This document shows, piece after piece, positions 8,907 through 15,413 of a DNA stretch of 64,000 bases (the stretch's first letter is position 1; each line of letters starts with the position of its first letter). The position numbers were made by a program, and so were the translations under genes. Source of the DNA: Nitrososphaerota archaeon (GTDB lineage: Archaea > Thermoproteota > Nitrososphaeria > Conexivisphaerales > UBA164); NCBI GenBank assembly GCA_023381255.1, contig JAMCTX010000002.1, forward strand, positions 2,477 through 66,476, read 5' to 3'. The notes under the pieces are model-generated. The model saw only the letters and a list, made by a program, of their open reading frames with translations, was not told the DNA's origin and made no database searches.

Positions 8907-9238
8907 TGTTCAATTGCCTCCTTTCTTACGATGAATATTCTCTGGGCTCCTATCGCCCCAAGCACATTCACGCTTCCCCTTCCCCGATATTTTTCAAAGT
9001 CGTGGCTGTATTTGCTTGCGAATAAACAAAAATCGTCGGTATCCAAGCCGGGATTGTTTTTGAAATAATCGGCGACACTCCTGATTAAGCCCCTGAATTC
9101 ATCAACTTTCAATTTCATTTCAATTGGCAGTGTCAGCACTATTCTTGTTGATGCTTCATAAAGCAGGAGATACGGCACTGCTGACTGCTTCATTGTGGTT
9201 TGGTTCGTTAATTTATTTTCGATTTCCGATAACTTCAT
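8903..9238 (-). CDS. Hypothetical protein immediately downstream of tas
   Basis: ATGA overlap with the tas stop codon. Confidence 0.55.
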   Translation of the reverse strand: MKLSEIENKLTNQTTMKQSAVPYLLLYEASTRIVLTLPIEMKLKVDEFRGLIRSVADYFKNNPGLDTDDFCLFASKYSHDFEKYRGRGSVNVLGAIGAQRIFIVRKEAIEQ

Positions 9239-10086
9239 TGCTTATTCTCCTCCTTGGTGTGGTTCAGGATCGCAACCGCGTATGGTTCATCCGGCGGCTG
9301 CCCGTTGACTTTACGCCAGTTTTCGTAATAGTCTGCGAGGAAGCGTTTAATCATCTTGCGCATAGCCCTCCTGTGCGCATGGAGCGGTGGCGACTTGCAC
9401 CTGCCTACAATCCAGGCCTTTTGTTCCTTATCCCAGATTATTTCTGTGTAATTGGGGTTTTCGTGCATTTCAAGCACGCGCTTCTTCTCTTCGTCGTATA
9501 TCTTCCTGTACGGCTGTGTCCTCTTTTTTAGCAGTGAATCGCCGACTTTCCAGCAAAAAGTCCTGAAATCGGGGTTGTAGTTGATTCTTCTGCCTTTCAT
9601 CGGTTTTACGGTGTGCCCGTCAACCGGCGCAAGACCGGCGTATTTCCATATCGAGCTCGCATGGTGGACTTTGGTCATGTCGATGTAGTATATCAGGCCC
9701 GCAGACAGGACAGGCCCAAGCCCCTTGATATATTTAAGGTATTGCTGGTAAATCGGCACCGTGCCGATCCAGTCCATCATAAGCGGCTTGTATTTCTCCT
9801 CGAATTTCTTCTCCTCTTTTGCCACGTTGAGCAGGTTGTTGATGTATTCGTATTCCTCGGCTGCTATCTTGCCCTCGTTCTTGAGCCTCAGCAATATCCC
9901 AGGCAGCTTTTTGTCGGCGTACTTGTCGGCAAAGTCCTTTTCGTCCTTCTTCTTCTCAACTTCACGCAGGCTCTTACCTTCAGCCCTTGCCTTGATTATC
10001 GCCCTTATCCTGTTCATTGAGCGTATGCGCAGGTCCTGGTGGTCATAGTATGACTGTATTGCGAGGTAACCTTCATCGTCCAGCAA
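9235..10086 (-). CDS. tasA: TIGR-associated Nop-domain protein (TasA-type; IS110/Nop5-related RNA-binding domain, no RuvC or HNH)
   Basis: Coiled-coil 'YYDHQDLRIRSMNRI'; 'IKGLGPVLSAGLI..ID...HASSIWKYAGL'; 'YNP..RTFCWKVGDSLLK'; 'HAHRRAMRKMIKRFL...WR...G...PY'. No DEDD domain. GGAGGTG RBS before a TTG start. Abuts the dual-repeat array. Confidence 0.85.
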   Translation of the reverse strand: MLDDEGYLAIQSYYDHQDLRIRSMNRIRAIIKARAEGKSLREVEKKKDEKDFADKYADKKLPGILLRLKNEGKIAAEEYEYINNLLNVAKEEKKFEEKYKPLMMDWIGTVPIYQQYLKYIKGLGPVLSAGLIYYIDMTKVHHASSIWKYAGLAPVDGHTVKPMKGRRINYNPDFRTFCWKVGDSLLKKRTQPYRKIYDEEKKRVLEMHENPNYTEIIWDKEQKAWIVGRCKSPPLHAHRRAMRKMIKRFLADYYENWRKVNGQPPDEPYAVAILNHTKEENKQ

Positions 10087-10089
10087 GGC

Positions 10090-11169
10090 TCAGGCACCTC
10101 CTGCGCACGGAAAGAATGGGTATCTTTTGCGATTTGGCTCGCTACGTCTCGCTGGATATCTCCGGTCTTTTGGCTCGCTAGGGCTATCTGGATATCTGAC
10201 ATTTGATGGCTCGCTAGGCCTTAATGGGTATCTAGCGCATTCTGGCTCGCTGGTGAGATTTGGGTAACTCGCATTTAGTGGCTCGCTAAATGTACTTGGG
10301 TATCTTTTTCGTTCAAGCTCGCTTCTGGAGAATGGATATCTTTCTGACTTTGGCTCGCTGTTTTTAGATGGATAGCTTACTATAATTGGCTCGCTAACTT
10401 CAGTTGGATATCTTTTCGTAAATGGCTCACTGATGCACAATGGGCATCTTTTTATTATTGGCTCGCTTGATTTTGCTGGGTATCTGGAGTTTGATGGCTC
10501 GCTAGTTATTGATGGATATCTTGCAAACATTGGCTCGCTAACTATTTTTGGGTATCTTGCGGTCCTTGGCTCGCTATTACCAAATGGGTACCTTACACAC
10601 TCTGGCTCGCTGTTGACCCCTGGATATCTCTTTTTTTTAGGCTCGCTATTTATCGCAGGGTATCTTGCAAGACCTGACCCGCTGAATGCAACTGGGCAAC
10701 TTGGATCATACGGCTCGCTAACGAAATATGGGCATCTTTCATAAAATGGCTCGCTAGCCTTTAATGGGTATCTTCGATAACATGGCTCGCTTTCTATAAT
10801 TGGGCATCTTTGGTCAATTGGCTCGCTATCTTTCAATGGATAACTTGCGGAGAGTGGCTCGCTAGGCGTATCTGGGTATCTTGCTTCATGTGGCTCGCTG
10901 ACCGAGTTTGGGTAACTTTTGACAGTTAGCTCGCTACATAGATGGCTCGCTATGAGGCTGTGGGTATCTTCCCCGCAGTGGCTCGCTACTAACTGATGGG
11001 TATCTTTAGTTTTATGGCTCGCTTCATACAATTGGGTATCTTCTTCATAATGGCTCGCTATAATAGATTGGATGTCTTTTAGGTGATGACCCACTGGATA
11101 ACATTGGGTATCTTTGCCTTTCTGGCCCGCTTCATACAATTGGGTATCTAACCCCTGTCCGCCATTCAT
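10090..11169 (-). other. Stop-free 359-codon ORF spanning the whole guide array (translation uncertain)
   Basis: (SEPxxxRYPxxx)n product; ATG overlaps the upstream stop; TGA lies between the tas RBS and the tas start. Confidence 0.35.
10104..11158 (-). repeat. TIGR-like tandem interspaced guide RNA array (29 x 36-nt units plus one 16-nt half unit)
   Basis: Plus-strand TGGGTATCT-like repeats every 36 nt from 10117 to 10909 (23 copies) and from 10961 to 11141 (6 copies), alternating with TGGCTCGCT and separated by variable 9-nt spacers. Sense unit: AGCCA-N9-AGATACCCA-N9-AGCG. Confidence 0.92.
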
Positions 11170-11816
11170 TGCTTTGCCCTCCTCCTCAGATATTTGTTAT
11201 CGGTCGTGAATTCTTCCCCGCCGTGAATGTATTTTTTGTCCGGCGCGGTTTCAATCAGTGCTAATAGTGTCTCAACTTCAGGTATTTTTGATCCGTCCTT
11301 GTTAAGTGTGTAGGCCCATAAACTTCCGTCGTTGTTTTTGTTCCACTTGATACGGTTTATCATTTCGCCAATGTCGTCAGTTTCCTGCCTTTGCTCTATA
11401 AATTCCTCAGCGGACACTTCACCGCCACCTACCAGGTTGCTTATGGCCCTGTTAATTGCCCTTGTAGCGGCTTTGGTCTCTATATTGTGGACAGTTGCGG
11501 CAATGGCTCCTGAAAATTCGCTGCTGTCGCACGCCCCTATCTCTTCAGAAACCCTTCCCGATGGGGCGGTTGCCTTTGCCCTTGCCCTGACTATGTATAT
11601 TCCATCCCGCGTTTCGTGTTCGATTGAAGTTATTTCCACAGAAATGTTAAAAGCGAGGGCGATCTTGCGCCAGCCCGACCTCTTGATGTAGCGTTTTCCC
11701 GAAATGGTCACCGTGTCGTTGTCGTCAAGCAGCCTGGTCTTGAGCTGCTGGAATGCCTGCATGCTTTCCACCGCTTGAGCTACGTTAGGCATTACAACCG
11801 CAATGTCGTCAGTCAA
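11166..11816 (-). CDS. Putative Rad52/Sak-like single-strand annealing protein
   Basis: 'YIKRSGWRKIALAFNIS', 'RAKATAPSGR..E.IGAC', 'KAATRAINRAISNLVGGGEVSAEE'. Confidence 0.6.
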   Translation of the reverse strand: MTDDIAVVMPNVAQAVESMQAFQQLKTRLLDDNDTVTISGKRYIKRSGWRKIALAFNISVEITSIEHETRDGIYIVRARAKATAPSGRVSEEIGACDSSEFSGAIAATVHNIETKAATRAINRAISNLVGGGEVSAEEFIEQRQETDDIGEMINRIKWNKNNDGSLWAYTLNKDGSKIPEVETLLALIETAPDKKYIHGGEEFTTDNKYLRRRAKQ

Positions 11817-12193
11817 TATGGCTCCCTCATTTCTTTTAGCTGCATGAATGCCAATGTTTCATCCTGCTCCCTGACCTTTTGCTCAAGCTCCTTTTGCCTT
11901 TGTTTGATTTCAAGATATTCTTCCTTTGACACTATCACGAACCCGTCATTCATCCTGTATAAGTACCCGTTCCTGCCCGCAAGCAACTTGCTGATTTCAC
12001 CGGGATGCAAAGTCGCCACCTCAACTGTCTCCCTTACTCCGCGCGCAAAATAGGACCTGGTGAAGCGTATCATGCCGTCATCTTCTACCTTGTATGCGCT
12101 AACCCAGTAGCGCATGTTTCTATTCGTTATAACGGTGTGATAAAAGTGCTTTTGCTGTGATTCCCATTTTTCCTTGAATTCATCAAGGTTCAT
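11813..12193 (-). CDS. Hypothetical protein with C-terminal coiled coil
   Basis: Operon-coupled ORF. Confidence 0.55.
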   Translation of the reverse strand: MNLDEFKEKWESQQKHFYHTVITNRNMRYWVSAYKVEDDGMIRFTRSYFARGVRETVEVATLHPGEISKLLAGRNGYLYRMNDGFVIVSKEEYLEIKQRQKELEQKVREQDETLAFMQLKEMREPY

Positions 12194-12339
12194 GCCGCGG
12201 ACCTCTCCAGGAGTAGCTTTATGCTATTGACCTTTTCCTCGATCCTTGCAAGGTCCTTGATGACCTGGCTTCTCAGCTCTGCATTTTCCTGCTTCAGCCT
12301 CCTCAGCTCTGCCTTTTCAATTAGTGATTGTTGTGCCAT
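12190..12339 (-). CDS. 49-aa coiled-coil microprotein (not in ORF track)
   Basis: MAQQSLIEKAELRRLKQENAELRSQVIKDLARIEEKVNSIKLLLERSAA*; fills the gap exactly; GGTGA upstream. Confidence 0.6.
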   Translation of the reverse strand: MAQQSLIEKAELRRLKQENAELRSQVIKDLARIEEKVNSIKLLLERSAA

Positions 12340-12777
12340 TTATGCACTCACCATTAGAAATTCGTGTAACAGTTTTTGCAAGAAAGCTGGCACTGCGTTT
12401 ATTGATCCTTCAGTATAGGGTAATATTTCACCGCCTAAACTTGTAGTTTCTGAATGATAATACAGGGTTATTTCATCATACCCATTTTTACTTGCCGGAT
12501 TCCTGTTAAGCAAAGTTACAGAGCCATATAACGAGTTTTGTGAGGTTTCTTCATATTTGTAAAGAAATACTGTCTGGTCATATATTACCCATTCAAGTAT
12601 GCGGCTGTCCATGGTAGTTAGTCCGTCTATTTTATTCTCAAATTCCGGCTTAATCTCCTCGCCATTCAGGCGGAAGATTCTGTTCTCCTCATAATTTATT
12701 ATGTCTGAAAATAAGCTCTTTGTGGTTATGCCTTTATATTTAAAGAACGTGTTTTTTGCCGATTTCGCTTGCATCAT
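12340..12777 (-). CDS. Hypothetical protein
   Basis: Operon-coupled ORF. Confidence 0.5.
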   Translation of the reverse strand: MMQAKSAKNTFFKYKGITTKSLFSDIINYEENRIFRLNGEEIKPEFENKIDGLTTMDSRILEWVIYDQTVFLYKYEETSQNSLYGSVTLLNRNPASKNGYDEITLYYHSETTSLGGEILPYTEGSINAVPAFLQKLLHEFLMVSA

Positions 12778-12980
12778 GCTTCTGCCTCCTCAAGTTTTTC
12801 GAGTGCCTTTTTCGTGTCCTTAAGACTCCGGTTCTCCCCGTCTTTGGACGCAGAGCCGGCAACCGCACTTTTCATCAAACGTTGGACAAGCTGGTCGTAT
12901 GTCTCTCGCTGATACAACTTCAATGTATCAAGCTTCTTTTTTGTGGCTGGTTTTACGGGAACGTTAACATATCTGCTCAT
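12774..12980 (-). CDS. Ribbon-helix-helix/antitoxin-like regulator, first gene of the operon
   Basis: 'YVNVPVKPATKKKLDTLK...RETYDQLVQRLM'; TTTATATA about 23 nt upstream. Confidence 0.7.
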   Translation of the reverse strand: MSRYVNVPVKPATKKKLDTLKLYQRETYDQLVQRLMKSAVAGSASKDGENRSLKDTKKALEKLEEAEA

Positions 12981-13082
12981 TGCAATCTGTTGCAACACGG
13001 AGCTATATAAATATTGCTATTTGCGGCTACGAAAAGCTCATTGTTGCAACAAAAATATATATTTATACTACTGTTGCAATAG
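12979..13082. promoter_or_regulatory. Divergent promoter region with four TTGCAA-core palindromic operators
   Basis: ATTGCAAT 12979-12986, TGTTGCAACA 12988-12997, TTGTTGCAACAA 13041-13052, CTGTTGCAATAG 13071-13082; TATA-like boxes on both strands. Confidence 0.7.
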
Positions 13083-13092
13083 ATTATTTGTA

Positions 13093-13302
13093 ATGAAGGA
13101 GGAAATAATTGGGTTGAGCAAAGTTAATAGGGCAAATAAAACAAATTCGTTACGCATAATTATCCCAGAAAGAATAGGCAAATTTCTCAACGTTACAGCA
13201 GGCGATTCCATCGCGTGGTATTTAGCGGAAACTACGGATGAAAATGGAAATACGGTAAAAATACTAACCATCAAAAAGGCTATGGGTCTTGAACGTCTGT
13301 AA
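13093..13302 (+). CDS. AbrB/MazE-type DNA-binding regulator
   Basis: 'SKVNRAN..NSLRIIIPERIGKFLNVTAGDSIAW'; start reassigned to 13093. Confidence 0.75.
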   Translation: MKEEIIGLSKVNRANKTNSLRIIIPERIGKFLNVTAGDSIAWYLAETTDENGNTVKILTIKKAMGLERL

Positions 13303-13588
13303 TGTCTATTAATGTATATTTTATTTTATGTTTGCTTATTTTCTCTTTTAGCTCTCCGTTTTCCTTTTCAAGCTGTTTTATGCGCGCCTCCAAGTCCTCA
13401 TTTTCCAGCCTGAGCCTTTTGTATTCGCGGACAATAGGTTCAACTTTCTCCGCCGCAAGCCTTTCAATCCTTTCGTTTATCTCATCCGCATGTTCCTCAT
13501 AATAGAGTTTTGCATCAAAATCTTCGCGCATCTCCCTTATCCGCTGCTCCATGACCTGCTCAAAAACACGGCCATAATAATCAGGCAT
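13280..13588 (-). CDS. Coiled-coil hypothetical protein
   Basis: Heptad-rich charged sequence. Confidence 0.55.
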   Translation of the reverse strand: MPDYYGRVFEQVMEQRIREMREDFDAKLYYEEHADEINERIERLAAEKVEPIVREYKRLRLENEDLEARIKQLEKENGELKEKISKHKIKYTLIDITDVQDP

Positions 13589-13699
13589 GATATGGGTAGT
13601 GGAATTTCCGGCTTATAAACTGTTATCGCCACAAAGGGGGGAGGGGGTATATTTTGCGTTTTTTTGCAAAAAAATTGAAATTCATTAGAAAATTACATT

Positions 13700-14836
13700 T
13701 CATTTTTCCACTTTTTTCTTTAATTCCGCAATGTCCTTGAGAATGTCTGCCAACTTTTCAAGCAAATCCGCGTTAGGGATTGCGGACTTTGCAATTTCCT
13801 CCGGGTTCAGCGGCGACCCGCATTTGCCACAATATCTTTGCCCCGGCGTGTTCTCCGCGCCGCACCTGGGGCATTTCAGGGGCACGAATTCGGGTGCCTT
13901 GGGCTTGGTTTCCTTCCCCTTGTAGATTGCCGCCAGCTTGTCGTCAAGGTCCGCGCTTGCCATGTGGACATACCTGGAAGGTGTATCGCTGCCGGAAGCC
14001 CAGCCGTAGCGCAGCCTCATTTCATACTCGGTCAGATAACGGGCGTTCGCGGTTGCGCTTGAATGCCTGAAAAGGTGCGGATAAATCCGTTTCTTTACCC
14101 CAGCCCTTTTCGCTGTCCTTTTCAGCATGACCCTGAGCTTCACGTATGACAGGTGCTTCCCCGGCAGCGATTCCCAGAGCCACGCATCGGGGTTCCCTTT
14201 CCCTGGGTGCTGGTCAAGCCATTGCGAAAGCAGCGGCACCGAGGTTATCAGCCTTTCCGTCCTGCCCCCGGTCTTGCCTGAAACGCGTATTTTGGCTCCC
14301 ATGTCGTCAAAACTCACATCCCCTATTTTTGCCGGCAAAATCTCGCCTATCCTGAACCCGCCGTCGTACAAGACCGCTATTATCGCCTTGTCTCTCGCCG
14401 TTTTTGCGCTGCTTATCAACGCCTTCACCTCATCCTCCGTGAGTATTTCCGGCTCCTTTGTTTCGTTTCGCTTGACACCGGTCCTGATCCACTTTACGAT
14501 GTCGGGGTAGGGCGCGCTCTTTTCTATGCTCCCCGTAAGCAGCCAGCGGTAGAATATCTTAACGCCCCTGAGAGTCGTATCCCTTGTCCACGGGGTCTTT
14601 GTTTCCGTCATTTTCATGACAAACCTTTCTAAGTCATCCTTTGTTGCATCGCGCAGCGGCCTGCCGAGAAACCGGGAAAGTATGATCAGCGTTTCAATGT
14701 GCCTGTATATCCTGCTGATTGAGTAATTGGACTTTTGCAGCGTCCTGACAAACTGCACGGCATCGGGGTCAAGCTTCAGCATCTCCCTTTCAACCTTGGT
14801 CTTGAAATAATAAATGTCGCTCATTATGCTTGCCAT
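13700..14836 (-). CDS. Tyrosine recombinase/integrase with C-terminal zinc ribbon
   Basis: 'YDGGFRIGE', 'GKTG', 'PHLFRHS', 'YGW', 'RYVH'; CPRC...CGKC. Confidence 0.93.
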   Translation of the reverse strand: MASIMSDIYYFKTKVEREMLKLDPDAVQFVRTLQKSNYSISRIYRHIETLIILSRFLGRPLRDATKDDLERFVMKMTETKTPWTRDTTLRGVKIFYRWLLTGSIEKSAPYPDIVKWIRTGVKRNETKEPEILTEDEVKALISSAKTARDKAIIAVLYDGGFRIGEILPAKIGDVSFDDMGAKIRVSGKTGGRTERLITSVPLLSQWLDQHPGKGNPDAWLWESLPGKHLSYVKLRVMLKRTAKRAGVKKRIYPHLFRHSSATANARYLTEYEMRLRYGWASGSDTPSRYVHMASADLDDKLAAIYKGKETKPKAPEFVPLKCPRCGAENTPGQRYCGKCGSPLNPEEIAKSAIPNADLLEKLADILKDIAELKKKVEK

Positions 14837-14859
14837 GGGATGCGTACCTTTTAATCTTT

Positions 14860-14876
14860 AGCCCACCCCCGGCTCC
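14860..14876 (+). other. Candidate att site: tRNA 3'-end fragment
   Basis: AGCCCACCCCCGGCTCC reads as T-stem 3' strand (CCCAC) + acceptor strand (CCCCGGC) + discriminator T + CC; lies next to the integrase start. Confidence 0.5.
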
Positions 14877-14944
14877 TTAATTAAAATATTTTCAGCTGCA
14901 AAAAAGGCAAATAATTTATATTTTAACAATTAATTACTTTCAGC

Positions 14945-15277
14945 ATGAAAGTGAAAGTTCACGTGCACGCATTTGAAGAAAGGAACTCCTTGATTGTATG
15001 GCTAAACGGAAGGCCTGTGCTTGTTGCAAAAGAAGGTGATAAGTTCTATGGTATGGATGCCGTGTGCGCTCACATGGGATGTGCCATTTTAAGCGAAGTT
15101 AACGGGACAACTGCAGTATGCCCTGCCCACGGGGCCAAGTATGATATAACCAATGGCAAAATGATAGAAAAGCCAATGATCAAGCCCGAGATACAGTGCG
15201 AACAGGAAGAAATCAGGCTTCCGTTAAAAACCCACTCGGTCAAGGTGGGGCCTGACGGGCTACTTGACATAGAGTGA
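14945..15277 (+). CDS. Rieske [2Fe-2S] ferredoxin-like protein
   Basis: CAH...CPAHG. Confidence 0.88.
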   Translation: MKVKVHVHAFEERNSLIVWLNGRPVLVAKEGDKFYGMDAVCAHMGCAILSEVNGTTAVCPAHGAKYDITNGKMIEKPMIKPEIQCEQEEIRLPLKTHSVKVGPDGLLDIE

Positions 15278-15413
15278 GCTCTAGAGTGCCATATAATTAA
15301 TGCTCCCCCAAACGCCGGCTGCTGTAGGGGCCAGCAGAAAATAACAATTTAAGGTCACGTTGCAGGCGCATAAAAAATATTTATATAGTATTTGCTATTA
15401 TCTAGCATATGGC

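Larger units (their letters stand above)
1..14876 (-). mobile_element. Integrated archaeal provirus/plasmid-like element (right arm; continues beyond the left edge of the window)
   Basis: About 27 tightly packed co-oriented ORFs, mostly short and hypothetical, with ATGA overlaps. Includes DUF5131, resolvase-like, SSAP-like and P-loop replication genes, a terminal tyrosine integrase and a tRNA-3'-like sequence at 14860-14876. Housekeeping genes start abruptly after 14.9 kb. Confidence 0.88.

Noticed and set aside
9395-9445. 'IIWDKEQK' in Tas resembling 'IIRFDKEQK' in the 3722-4000 protein
   Set aside because: Too short, and the DNA is not notably similar; probably chance
9235-10086. IS110/IS116 transposase (insertion sequence)
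   Set aside because: It shares only the C-terminal RNA-binding-type motifs. There is no N-terminal DEDD RuvC domain, and the gene is coupled into a viral operon beside a guide array.
10433-10744. Plus-strand 103-aa GSL/GYL repeat ORF
   Set aside because: Antisense by-product of the array; no RBS or operon context
10104-11158. CRISPR array
   Set aside because: It has two alternating 9-nt repeats with 9-nt spacers rather than one 24-47-nt repeat with 30-40-nt spacers, and no cas genes are in the window
10108-11158. Self- or host-targeting by array spacers within this window
   Set aside because: Spot checks of several A+B 18-mers by eye gave only 9-nt half matches, expected by chance. The search was not exhaustive and needs computation.
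10090-11169. Ordinary repeat protein as the sole explanation of the 36-nt periodicity
   Set aside because: Repeat conservation is at the nucleotide level (e.g. AGC GAG CCA nearly invariant) and persists across a change of reading register; spacer positions show no amino-acid pattern
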